From assembly GCA_034408725.1 (NCBI GenBank), contig JAWXCN010000031.1:1-34167 (forward strand): DNA of 34,167 nt, in the 5' to 3' direction. The notes under the pieces were generated by a model, which did no database searches, had not been told where the DNA came from, and was given only the letters and a program-made list of their open reading frames with translations. A program made the translations under genes and the position numbers. Numbering within the stretch: the first letter of the stretch is position 1; every line of letters begins with the position of its first letter. The stretch is from Candidatus Hydrogenedentota bacterium (GTDB taxonomy: Bacteria > Hydrogenedentota > Hydrogenedentia > Hydrogenedentales > SLHB01). Positions 9,270-19,152 of the stretch are shown one piece after another.

Positions 9270-9838
9270 GGGCCGCAGGTCAAGCCGACTGCTTTGTCGT
9301 CGTCAACGGCCCGGAAGACGGCTCGGAGTTTCCCATTGTCCGCGCGCCGTTCCATGTCGGGCATGACAGCGGCTGCACCGTCGCGTTGCGGCTCGACAAG
9401 GGCATCGAGGACCTTCACGCATTGGTCACAGTTGTCTCTGACGGATACCGCATCCGCAAAGTGCGGGACCGGCCCATCTACGTCGATGGCCGGCCCACGG
9501 GCACACTTCGCTCGCGCGTTGTGCGCAGCGGCGGCATGGTCCAGGTCGGCCAAACACTAATGATTCTCGATTGCTCGCCCGACGGGCTCGCCCGGCGCAG
9601 CCGGGGCATCGTATCGGAAAGTGATTTGGGGTGGATGCTCACCGCTGCGGGCCGGCGCGCGTGGTCATTGGCACGCGGCACTTTCTCGACGCTATTGCGA
9701 TACACGAGGCGCATCCTTACGAGCTGGGTGGGGATCGCCTCGATTCTTATCGTGCTGTATATCGCGTGGCCTCAATTCCGGCGGTGGGTCCAGTATATCG
9801 TCCGTTGGCTCTGGGTCCAGATTACAAATGTTTTCTAA
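9266..9838 (+). CDS. FHA-like domain protein with a C-terminal membrane anchor
   Basis: FHA-type pattern (VVNGPEDG..FPI...FHVG...HA.V....GYRI....IYVDG...G.MVQVGQT) and a hydrophobic C-terminal helix. ATGA overlap with the Clp gene. Confidence 0.75.
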   Translation: MRAAGQADCFVVVNGPEDGSEFPIVRAPFHVGHDSGCTVALRLDKGIEDLHALVTVVSDGYRIRKVRDRPIYVDGRPTGTLRSRVVRSGGMVQVGQTLMILDCSPDGLARRSRGIVSESDLGWMLTAAGRRAWSLARGTFSTLLRYTRRILTSWVGIASILIVLYIAWPQFRRWVQYIVRWLWVQITNVF

Positions 9839-9872
9839 CAGCGCGCTTGAAACTCATTGAGTTCCATATACC

Positions 9873-11183
9873 TTAACAGACATGCATCGTGAGCATCGTC
9901 TGATCATCCGCGGGCCGCAGCCCCATCTGATAGTTTCGCATGCTCTCCCGCACGGCTTCGATCACCGTGTCTGCGCCCGGCGCCGCATGCAGCATCGCCC
10001 TTTCCAGCCGTTCTTCGCCGAAAAAATCACCATCGGACGACCGCAATTCCGTTATGCCGTCGGTATAGAGCAGCATCGTGTCGCCAGACTTCAACTGCAC
10101 CTTTGCGTTTTCATAGCGCGCGTTGCGATCTATCCCCAACGGAAAACTTCCCACCGCATCCAAATGTTGCACCGTGCCGCCCGAATTCAATAGCGGTGGA
10201 TTGTGGCCTGCGCATGCATACTGCATTTCACGCTCGCGCGGATCATAAAACATCAGGAATGCCGTAACGAATGAACCATGAATTGGCTTGTTTGCCAAAT
10301 GCCGATTCAGATAGCCGAGCAATTCTCCGGGATGTTGTGTCGCGCGGGAGCGCGCGTGCAACAGCGTCGATAGCATTGCGACCACAACCGCCGCGGACGG
10401 GCCGTGCCCGGATGCGTCCGCAATCATAATCCCCCACGGGCCCGCATGGTCCGCGGTGTCGGCGCCCTCCGGCAGACCGACGGGAAACACGTCGTAATAA
10501 TCCCCGCCCGCGCGATCAAAACTGTCATGTACGGCGCACAGTTGGACCCCTGGCACCGCCGGCAGCGGCGATGGTAATAGTCCGCGCTGGATGCTCGCGA
10601 TTTCATCGACCTCGTGATGAATTTGCGCGGTTGCCTCGAACAATTCCTTCGCCGCGCGTTTGCTGTTGGTCATGCCACCCAACAGGTTTGCCTGAAGAAT
10701 CTGCGATTCAATGTCGGCGGTGCGGAAAGAGTCTGGTTTCGTGCCCAGGAAAATCATCCAGTTCAACGCGCGTCCGCCGTCAAATACTGGTGTAGCCAAC
10801 AGCATGCGGTACGGGGAGAGATGCAATCCCATTACCGGATCATACTCGACGTTTAAATCCCGAATTACTTTCGGAAGATCGTCATTGATGACATCGCCAA
10901 TGATGCCGCCGGATCGGATGGGCGCCTGTGGTCCGGCAAACTCGATATTTGGAAACTGCACCTTGTCGATGTCCCGGTGATGAAGTATGCGCACCACGCG
11001 ATAGAGCCCGTCATCAAGGCCACGCCGCGATACGGAAAGCATTCCGCGGTCGCCATACAGCTTGCTGAACGTTCCGCGAAACCGCGTGACGGAGGAGACC
11101 GGGTCCGGGTCCCGGCTGATTTCCCGCAGCATTTCCATCAGGTTCTGAAGCCGTGCGGTTTCGTCCTTGCGCGGTTGGATCAT
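9873..11183 (-). CDS. PP2C/SpoIIE (RsbU-like) Ser phosphatase with an N-terminal GAF-like domain
   Basis: IQRGLLP, GGDYYD, IADASGHG, AGHNPP, LYTDGITE and DDQT motifs. ATG overlaps the sulfatase stop (ATGA). Confidence 0.92.
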   Translation of the reverse strand: MIQPRKDETARLQNLMEMLREISRDPDPVSSVTRFRGTFSKLYGDRGMLSVSRRGLDDGLYRVVRILHHRDIDKVQFPNIEFAGPQAPIRSGGIIGDVINDDLPKVIRDLNVEYDPVMGLHLSPYRMLLATPVFDGGRALNWMIFLGTKPDSFRTADIESQILQANLLGGMTNSKRAAKELFEATAQIHHEVDEIASIQRGLLPSPLPAVPGVQLCAVHDSFDRAGGDYYDVFPVGLPEGADTADHAGPWGIMIADASGHGPSAAVVVAMLSTLLHARSRATQHPGELLGYLNRHLANKPIHGSFVTAFLMFYDPREREMQYACAGHNPPLLNSGGTVQHLDAVGSFPLGIDRNARYENAKVQLKSGDTMLLYTDGITELRSSDGDFFGEERLERAMLHAAPGADTVIEAVRESMRNYQMGLRPADDQTMLTMHVC

Positions 11184-12598
11184 GCACGGACCCCGCGAAG
11201 AACAAATGGATCGTGCGCCTCTCGCAACCACGCGCGAGTCATTGCTTCACACTCCTCGCGGACGCGCCGTGCGCGGCGCGATTTAGCGATATTCTCAAGT
11301 TGATACGGGTCCCTTCGGTTGTCAAACAGCACGGGCGTTCCGTCGTCGGTCATAAAATAGGTATGCCGCCGTGTGCGGACGCCGCGAAAAATGGGCGCGG
11401 GATGGTTCTTCTTGCCCGACGCCTTTTCTTTAGCGATGTGCATGATGAATTGCGACTCGGAGTTTGGGCCGCCGCTACCGGTAAAATGGCCGGAGAAATC
11501 ATTACCGCGGCAGGTTTCCGGAACGTCGATGCTCGCTAGCGCGCACAGCGTGGGCATGATGTCAATTGACCCGAAAAGCGCATCGGTCGTTTCTCCCTCG
11601 GGAATCCGTCCAGGCCACCGGATCAAGAAAGGCACCCTGATGGATTCGTCGAAAGGCTGGCGTTTACCTCCGACGCCATGCGACCCGAATTGCGATCCGT
11701 GATCGGATGTGTATACCACGATTGTGTTTTCTTGCAGCCCCAATTCCTCCAACTTCAATAGGACCCTCCCTAGTTCATCATCGATTGCGCTGATATGGGC
11801 ATGGTACCCCTCATAGTGCGGCCAACCGTTATCCTTAAAAATCTTTTGGTTTCCGCTGTCGTTGCCCGGCGCGTCACCCGTGCGCCAATTAGGGCGATAC
11901 GGCAAATAGTCCCGCGGGTATAACGCCTGCTTCGATTCCGGCGCATCAGTGAACGTCGCATGCGGCGGGTTCCACGAAACGACCAGGAAGAACGGATCGT
12001 GCTGGTTCACCTCAATGAAATCCAACGCCTGGTCCGTCATCAGCGTCGCATTGTATCCCCGGGGCGTGACGGGTTCGCCGTTCGCCGGATGGTACACCGA
12101 TGAATCCCAGTGAATATTCGTCTTGTCCCATATCAGCGAATGGTCGAATCCAAATGGCTCCGCGCGCGGACCCCAGAGGTGCCATTTGCCAATATACCCC
12201 GTGCGGTATCCCGCCTCCTTAAATACCGTGCCGAGCGTAACCTCACTCGAACGCAACGGAAGATCGTTGTCAATGACGCCGGTCTCATGCGGCCAACGTC
12301 CCGTCAGCAATATCGCCCGATACGGAGAGCACACGGGATAATTGCTGATGCAGTGAGAGCTTTGCGCGCCTTCCTCTGCAAGCCGCGCCATGTTTGGCGT
12401 GTGTACCTGCGGCAACTCCGTAAACGACATGGATTGCCAACGATGTTCATCGCTGAACAGATAGACAATGTTCGGTGGCCGCGTAGACGAGCCAACCCGG
12501 CAAGGTCTGGCGGCTGCCGTGATCGCGCTCGCCCCGGCAGTGGCCAGAAAGCCGCGTCGCGTCAGGTCAAAGGCTGTGTTGTCGGGCATGGGATCCAC
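11180..12598 (-). CDS. Tat-exported formylglycine-dependent sulfatase
   Basis: TRRGFL Tat motif, PNIVYLFSDEH, CSPYRAILLTG (CxPxR), GKWHL, SDHG. Confidence 0.93.
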   Translation of the reverse strand: MDPMPDNTAFDLTRRGFLATAGASAITAAARPCRVGSSTRPPNIVYLFSDEHRWQSMSFTELPQVHTPNMARLAEEGAQSSHCISNYPVCSPYRAILLTGRWPHETGVIDNDLPLRSSEVTLGTVFKEAGYRTGYIGKWHLWGPRAEPFGFDHSLIWDKTNIHWDSSVYHPANGEPVTPRGYNATLMTDQALDFIEVNQHDPFFLVVSWNPPHATFTDAPESKQALYPRDYLPYRPNWRTGDAPGNDSGNQKIFKDNGWPHYEGYHAHISAIDDELGRVLLKLEELGLQENTIVVYTSDHGSQFGSHGVGGKRQPFDESIRVPFLIRWPGRIPEGETTDALFGSIDIMPTLCALASIDVPETCRGNDFSGHFTGSGGPNSESQFIMHIAKEKASGKKNHPAPIFRGVRTRRHTYFMTDDGTPVLFDNRRDPYQLENIAKSRRARRVREECEAMTRAWLREAHDPFVLRGVRA

Positions 12599-12640
12599 CG
12601 GTGTTGAATGGCGTGATCGTAAGGCGTGCCACGCCGCGCT

Positions 12641-13507
12641 TCAACTCTCCGGCAACCCGGTCATCCGGGCGCTGATTTCCCACAGTTTGCGCGCGCTTTC
12701 CGCATCATGGGAAAGCGGAGAGGAGGGTCGCTCCCTCTTCTTCACAAAGTATTTCCCGGTTACACCCGACACCTCCGGCGAAGCCGCCAGGAATACGGAT
12801 GTCTGTGCGCCATTCGCTGGGGAGAGCATAAAAAGTCCGGCGGCCCTGGCGAGCACGTTGATCGGAAACATCATGTCGCGGGCGATGCCGGTCGCGACCA
12901 CACCCGGGTGCAGGCAATTCACGGTGACGTTCACGCCTTCGAGTCTTCGCGCGAGTTGGTATGTAAACAAAATGTTGGCCAGCTTCGTGTTCCCGTACAC
13001 CCGCATGCCTGAATAAGAACGCTCGCTCTGCAGGTCGTCGAACTCGATCCGCGCATTCTGGTGCATGTCCGAAGACACGTTCACGATTCGCGCAGGCGCG
13101 GACCGTATGATTCGCGGCAACAGAAGGTTTGTAAGCAGAAATGGCGCGAGATGGTTCACCGCAAACTGCATTTCGATGCCGTCATCAGTGATGTGGCGTT
13201 TACCCTGAACAGTTGCTGCGTTGTTGATCAGCACGTGAACCGCATCGAAGCGCGTGAGCACTTCGTGCGCCGCGGACCGCACGTCTTGCTGCGACGCGAA
13301 GTTGGCAAGAACAACGTCGGCTCGGGCGTTTGGAACCGCTTCACGGATATCCGCAAGCGTTTGCTCGCTCTTGCCTTTGTCCCGGCACATGAGCACCACG
13401 TGCGCGCCCATGCGCGCCAACTCGATGGCCGTGGCTTCCCCAATGCCACTGCTGGCGCCGGTGATTACTACGGTCTTGTTCTCAATCGTCCAGACAGATT
13501 CGCTCAT
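12641..13507 (-). CDS. Short-chain dehydrogenase/reductase (retinol dehydrogenase-like subgroup)
   Basis: TGASSGIG, NNA, NHLAPF, YGNTK, HPGVVAT. Confidence 0.92.
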   Translation of the reverse strand: MSESVWTIENKTVVITGASSGIGEATAIELARMGAHVVLMCRDKGKSEQTLADIREAVPNARADVVLANFASQQDVRSAAHEVLTRFDAVHVLINNAATVQGKRHITDDGIEMQFAVNHLAPFLLTNLLLPRIIRSAPARIVNVSSDMHQNARIEFDDLQSERSYSGMRVYGNTKLANILFTYQLARRLEGVNVTVNCLHPGVVATGIARDMMFPINVLARAAGLFMLSPANGAQTSVFLAASPEVSGVTGKYFVKKRERPSSPLSHDAESARKLWEISARMTGLPES

Positions 13508-13652
13508 TGGGCCTCCGATTCAGGCATGATCCTGCCCAATTCACCCGCGGGATACAAGCCGCGCGGCAGTCTTGACGGATGAGTCATGGGCTGGTAGTGT
13601 TTGCGTTGTCCACAACCGATCAATCCAATGAATTCATAAAGGGAGGTGTTCC

Positions 13653-14081
13653 ATGTCCAGCAAGTATACGGGTCTCGCGACAAATGACATTTGCCTTGAT
13701 GGCGCCCAACGCGCCGTCGCGGCGGCAAAGAAAAAGGCCGAGGAACTGGGGTGTAAGTCGAACATCGCGGTGGTGGACGTGGGCGCAAATCTCAAAGCGT
13801 TTGCGCGAATGGAAGGCGCGTGGATTGGCAGCATCGATATATCGATCAAAAAAGCGCGCACCGCGCGATTCTTCGATATGCCGACTGGCGCCATCGGCAA
13901 CCTCAGCCAACCCGGCGGCTCGCTCTATAACATCGAGCACTCGAACGGCGGCCTCATCACGTTCCCCGGCGGCGTTCCCCTCACCAACTCAGAGGGCGTG
14001 GTGGTCGGCGGCATTGGCGTTTCCGGGTCCACAGTCGAGAATGATCACGCCTGCGCCACAGCCGGCGCGAACGCGTTGTAA
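13653..14081 (+). CDS. GlcG/HbpS family heme-binding protein
   Basis: IAVVDVG, KKARTA, GGVPL...GGIGVSG...D; GGGAGG RBS. Confidence 0.92.
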   Translation: MSSKYTGLATNDICLDGAQRAVAAAKKKAEELGCKSNIAVVDVGANLKAFARMEGAWIGSIDISIKKARTARFFDMPTGAIGNLSQPGGSLYNIEHSNGGLITFPGGVPLTNSEGVVVGGIGVSGSTVENDHACATAGANAL

Positions 14082-14090
14082 CTGTTCGCA

Positions 14091-14921
14091 GTGCACCCCC
14101 GATTTGAAGGAAAAGCCATTTTCGTTACCGGCGCTTCTTCAGGTATCGGCGCGGCGCTTGCCCGTGAATTTGCTCGCGAAGGCGCGCGGGTCGCATTGGC
14201 GGCCCGCCGCGCCGGCGCATTGGAAGAAATCGCGCTTACCATTACAACCAATGGAGGCACGGCCGTATCGCTGACTTGCGACGTCACGGATCAGGCCAGC
14301 GTTTGCGCCGCGGTCGCATCGGCCGCCGGACAATTCGGTGGAATCGACGTGGCAGTTGCGAATGCGGGGTTTGGCGTTAGCGGCGCGTTCGAGCGTTTAA
14401 ACACCGCTGACTTCCGCCGGCAATTTGACACGAACTTTTTCGGCGTTCTTAATACGGTGTATGCATGCTTGCCACACCTCGAAAAAACCAAGGGCCGTCT
14501 CGCCATAGTATCGAGTGTCATGGGTCGAGCCGGAATGCCCGCGTCGGCGCCGTATTGCGCGAGCAAATTTGCCGTGTGCGGGCTCGCGGAGTGTTTGCAC
14601 TACGACCTCGCGGCGAAGGGAATCTCGGTGACGTGCATCAATCCGGGTCTTGTCGAAAGCAATATCCGGCGGACGGACAACGACGGCGTATTCAAGGACG
14701 AGCGTAAAGACCCGGCCCCATCGTTTCTCGTTATGCCAGCTGAGCGCGCCGCGCGTGCGATGATCAACGCAATCCATCGTCGACAGTTTGAGGCGACGAT
14801 CACCGGACACGGCAAACTGATTGCCTTCGCCGCGCGCCATCTTCCGCGCACGTTCCGCACGGCCCTGCGTCTTGCCACGCGCAACAGGATTGAAGAAGTG
14901 GAGAATCGCAAGCGGGGCTGA
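14091..14921 (+). CDS. Short-chain dehydrogenase/reductase
   Basis: TGASSGIG, ANAG, SS, YCASK. Confidence 0.92.
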   Translation: MHPRFEGKAIFVTGASSGIGAALAREFAREGARVALAARRAGALEEIALTITTNGGTAVSLTCDVTDQASVCAAVASAAGQFGGIDVAVANAGFGVSGAFERLNTADFRRQFDTNFFGVLNTVYACLPHLEKTKGRLAIVSSVMGRAGMPASAPYCASKFAVCGLAECLHYDLAAKGISVTCINPGLVESNIRRTDNDGVFKDERKDPAPSFLVMPAERAARAMINAIHRRQFEATITGHGKLIAFAARHLPRTFRTALRLATRNRIEEVENRKRG

Positions 14922-14957
14922 TCGCTAACAGCGAGAGAGTGAATTCTATTCCGAACA

Positions 14958-15009
14958 CGATTACGAGCACGAGCATGTTGCTATATTTAATCCAAAATCT
15001 AAAATCCAA
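14958..15009. repeat. Short simple repeats between convergent genes
   Basis: CGATTACGAGCACGAGC at 14958-14974 (16/17 identical to 30904-30920) and three tandem heptamers AATCCAA-AATCTAA-AATCCAA at 14989-15009. Confidence 0.55.
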
Positions 15010-16609
15010 GATTCTCCCCATACTTCGCCAGACCTCTTCGCGCAGGTTCGTGCTCTGGATCGATCCGCAATGCTTCGCGCCAATGCTCTTCCGCCAGCTC
15101 AATGTTCCCTGACTGCGCGTAAGCGTATCCAAGATTTGAATGGACCATTGCATCATTGGAATCGATGCTGAGCGCGCGCTTATGCGCCTCGATAGCCTCC
15201 GGCAAACGATTCACCATGCGGTACGCGACGCCTAAACTTGTCCATCCCTGTTTCATTTCTGGCCGGATCAAAGTCGCGGACTCCAATGCGGATATCGCTT
15301 CTGACGGTCTATTCTGGCCGAGATAAACCACGCCAAGGTGCGCGTATGCCTCGGCGTTGTCCTCTGTGACGGCTATCGCATGCTTGAACAACGATTCGCT
15401 GTCATGCCATACGCGGACCTGGCGTTGGGTTAGAAAGGCACACACTCCGAACGCGAAAATGGTGATGGCGATTATCGCGCCGCGTATCGCATATGTCGCG
15501 TAAGCTTCATATAGCAGTGCGAAACCCCAAACCACGGCGATAAGGATACCGGTCATCGGCAGGTACATATAACGGTCCGCCATTGCGGCATACCCGACTT
15601 GCACAACGCCGATGACGGGTACGAGCATCCCGATGAACCACAGCCACCCAGCGAGAACAAAGGGCGCGCGCCGGCGCGCGCGCCATGCGATCACCGAGAT
15701 GCACACGAGGGTCACGCACGCAAGAACAATTTTCCAGTAAGCCAGTGATGAACCTTGATGTGGGTAAATGGGGGAGAGGTGCAGGGGCCAAACGAATTTC
15801 CAAAGGTACAGCGCGTATGCGACCTCTGCATTGCCCAGTCGCGCACCCAACGGCAAATGGTCGAGCGGGTTCATTGCTCCCCCGCGCGCTTGCACGATAA
15901 GCGTAATGAACGAAGAGCACGCCGCCAACACGAAAAGAGGAACCTTTTCACGAAGTAACCGGCGGACTCGCAAAGGCAAAGTATCGCCAAGGGCCGGATT
16001 CGCGAAACGGTTGAAGGGCCAATAATCCAAAACCAACAGGAGAAACGGCAACGTGACCGCCATCGGTTTCGACAACAGCGCGAGTGCAAAGGCCGTCAAC
16101 AACATTGCATACCCCGGCCAAGATCGGTTTTTAACATAGCCGCCATATATGTACAGGGCTGAGAGCATGAACAATGCGCAGAGTAAATCTTTCCGCTCTG
16201 ATACCCACGCCACGGATTCGACGTGCAGCGGATGCATCGCGAAAATCAAAGCGGCTATCCATGCGCGTCCCCACGCGTCCGTGCTTCGTCCAAGTGCAAG
16301 GAATACGAGACACGCGTTCAGTGAATGCAGAATGATATTGGTCAGGTGATGTCCCGCGGGGCGCAGCCCGTAGACAGAAACATCGGCCATGTGCGTCAGC
16401 CATGTGATTGGATGATAGTTCGCCGCGTGACCGGTCGTAAATGCCCAACGGATACCCGAGACGGAGAGACCTTGGCTCACGACGGTATTCGCGTACACGT
16501 AGTCGTCGTCATCGAACGCCACGAAACCATTCTGAATCGCGGGGGCGAAGCAGGCAGCGCTGCTGATTGCGAGCAGCAACAGCAGCAGCGATTTCCATCG
16601 CGGCGTCAT
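14999..16609 (-). CDS. TMTC-like GT-C membrane glycosyltransferase with C-terminal TPR repeats
   Basis: FDDDDY after TM1, YHPITW, HPLHVESVAWVSERKD, SKPMA, ADRYMYLP, W.DSESLF, then TPRs. Confidence 0.88.
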   Translation of the reverse strand: MTPRWKSLLLLLLAISSAACFAPAIQNGFVAFDDDDYVYANTVVSQGLSVSGIRWAFTTGHAANYHPITWLTHMADVSVYGLRPAGHHLTNIILHSLNACLVFLALGRSTDAWGRAWIAALIFAMHPLHVESVAWVSERKDLLCALFMLSALYIYGGYVKNRSWPGYAMLLTAFALALLSKPMAVTLPFLLLVLDYWPFNRFANPALGDTLPLRVRRLLREKVPLFVLAACSSFITLIVQARGGAMNPLDHLPLGARLGNAEVAYALYLWKFVWPLHLSPIYPHQGSSLAYWKIVLACVTLVCISVIAWRARRRAPFVLAGWLWFIGMLVPVIGVVQVGYAAMADRYMYLPMTGILIAVVWGFALLYEAYATYAIRGAIIAITIFAFGVCAFLTQRQVRVWHDSESLFKHAIAVTEDNAEAYAHLGVVYLGQNRPSEAISALESATLIRPEMKQGWTSLGVAYRMVNRLPEAIEAHKRALSIDSNDAMVHSNLGYAYAQSGNIELAEEHWREALRIDPEHEPARRGLAKYGENLGF

Positions 16610-18605
16610 CCCGGCGCCTCCGCGGCCGCTACAGCCATCTTGTACTTCTCGCTGCGCGCCAGGAGGTCGTCAATGGATAGCGTTTCTCCCACTGCCGGGA
16701 CGGGCACGGGGAAATAGCGTTCGACTTTCAACTTCCGGCCGGTCTTCGGATTCCGTTCCGGAGCCATCGTGCCGATGTACCACAGAATGGACTCGTCGTC
16801 GAGCGATTTATCGAACGTAAATACCGCATCCATGGGCCATCCGTGAATATCCGCTTTTGTAACGACGGCGGTCATCCCCGTGATTGAGATTGTTTCTCCC
16901 GTTTGCATGGGATACTTGTGATTGCGATAGATGCTCAGGTCGCGTTGCGCAATAAATCCATCTGTCGTGCGCAACACCAGCCGGTTCGCGCCGGGCCGCT
17001 CAATGGTCATTGGGTGAAGCCCGGTCGACAACACGCGTGTGTGTTCTGGAAGCGGCAACGCGTCGCCGCTGCGCATGAGTGTGAAATAATAGCTCGTGAA
17101 ATCGTTCGGAGCCTGCAACACCACCAGAGTTTTGTCCCGCACGGTGTCGTCCGAGGGCAGCGTCGCAAACGCAGCATCCATTTTGCGTCCCGCTGATCCG
17201 TGGACTCTGGTCTGCAAATACATCGAGTTCGGCGCGATGATTACGTGTGCGAGTATCCACACGCAAAATAGCGCTCCGGCAAGTATTCGAGTTCCCCGGC
17301 GGCGGGGCAGGCAATCGTCTGTTTTCTTGCCAAACCGCAACAGCAATAAAACAATGCGGCCAAAATTAGCGCGGCAATCGGAAATAATAGCGTGCCCAAT
17401 CGTAGCCATGCGTCCGCCACCCGGATTACGAGCGTCAATACCAGCACGATTACAAGAAGCCGCTGAAATTGGCGCCCATTGATCCAATGGGAGATAAACT
17501 GGGCGATAACCGCCATTACGCCAATCGATGAAATTGTCAGCACGCGCGGTTGCGCTATCACAGAACTTACCGGAACGAGCGACAAGACCGCGCCGAGGAG
17601 TAGAAAGCGCGCGACAGGGCTGGCGCGTAGCGTGGGCGTGAGCAGAAAAAGAATCAGTGCCGTTCCCGCGAGCATCATCGCGAAATAGGCGTATACATGT
17701 GGAGGGCTGACCGACAGGACCGGCGAGGGCCAAACCACCAGCTCCGTGAAAAACAAAATTGGAATATTTGTGCTCAACAATCGCAACCACCCTGAAAAGT
17801 CTTCTCCCGGATCGGTGTACCACGCCGATCCCGCTGAACCAAAACCGTAGTGGCGGTGTAGCGCAAGATAGACGACGCTGACTACCACATAAGGCAGTAG
17901 AGGCTGGATGCGCTTGGTCCACGCGCGCGCGTCCAGGAATAAAGCGTAGGCGAACAGGTAGCAGCAGACGCTGATGGCGCCTTCACCACAAAGCAATCCG
18001 ACCCCAAACATCGTGACGGCAGCGACGGCCCAGCGGTCTTGTCCCGTAGTCCGCCACCGGTGATGCGCAATCAGCACCGCAACCGTCGCGCACGCCACCA
18101 TCAGCGTGTTCCGGCTCGAAATCCAGCCTATCGCGGCGCCATTCGTTTCATTCATGGCATAGAGAAACGCCGCGATCACCGCGACATAGGTGCATCCGAA
18201 CAGCTCCGCGAGCAGCAAAAATACCAGGGCGCACAATAACGCGTACCACAAGATATTCTGCGCGTGCATCGGCGCGGCGCGGTCTCCCCATAAGTAAAAA
18301 TCCAGCCAATGCGTGAGAGACGCTGCGGGCCGGAAGAAGTAAAGTTTCGCGCTCGACACCGCCCACCATGGAAATACGCCTTTGTCGCGCAACCACTCGT
18401 TTTCGGCGGAATTCCCCTTGGAAAATGAAAACGTCTCGAGGCTCGCGCGTTCGAGACCATCGAGTCCGGGGAATCCCTTGAACAGTGCGCGCATGAAATG
18501 ATCATCGGCGGTGTAGCCGTTTTGGAATGACCAGCCCGCCATGCACACGCCCAATACGGCAAATCCCAGCGCGCCAACAACGACGACGGAACGTTTAGAC
18601 ACCAC
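16606..18605 (-). pseudogene. GT-C-like polytopic membrane protein split by a -1 frameshift near 17348-17351 (real pseudogene or assembly error)
   Basis: The N-part (frame of ORF 17241-18752, GTG 18605 after a G-rich RBS) has a DD motif, FFRP and W.SSRN. The C-part lies in ORF 16606-17922 and its stop overlaps the next ATG. One extra T in the T4 run gives a continuous ...AALFLLLLRFGKK... Confidence 0.7.
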
Positions 18606-18744
18606 GTTTCCCCCCACAGCCATGCAGGCGGGAAGTATACTGGTGTGGACGTGAACACTGCCACTGGCCTTTGCGCTGCCGGTAATTGGGAGTTCGCGCG
18701 CCACTTCAGTACAATATCGCGCGGCTGCATTCTGGAGAAAATAC

Positions 18745-19125
18745 ATGGGCAAGACGGTAGCAATCGTCGGCGCGTCCGCGGACCGGCGTAAATTCGGAAA
18801 TAAAGCCGTACGCGCGTATCTCGACGGAGGGTGGTCGGTTTATCCCATCAATACGAAGGCCGATCTGATCGAGGGTGTGCCGGCGTATGCCACCCTCGCG
18901 GATGTGCCGGGCGCCGTGGATCGTGTTTCCATGTATGTATCTCCGGCTATCGGTAAAACCATGCTGGACGCAATTGGCGAAAAGGCGCCTTCCGAACTTT
19001 TTTTTAATCCAGGGTCGCACGATGCGGAGCTTGTCGATCAAGCGCGCAAGAAAGGTCTTAACGTAGTTTGTGCGTGCAGTATCGTTGATATCGGTAAGCA
19101 CCCGGACATGTACCCGGACTCCTAA
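18745..19125 (+). CDS. CoA-binding protein (YccU-like)
   Basis: VAIVGAS...KFGN, YPIN, FNPG, CSIV. Confidence 0.9.
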   Translation: MGKTVAIVGASADRRKFGNKAVRAYLDGGWSVYPINTKADLIEGVPAYATLADVPGAVDRVSMYVSPAIGKTMLDAIGEKAPSELFFNPGSHDAELVDQARKKGLNVVCACSIVDIGKHPDMYPDS

Positions 19126-19152
19126 TGCATTCTATGCGAAGGTCTATGAACA

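Noticed and set aside
6879-9838. Type VI secretion locus (ClpV plus Fha)
   Set aside because: No sheath, Hcp, VgrG, baseplate or membrane-complex genes in the window.
13579-14274. 231-aa plus-strand ORF
   Set aside because: Out-of-frame overlap of glcG-like and SDR genes, with Arg/Ser-rich non-coding-frame composition.
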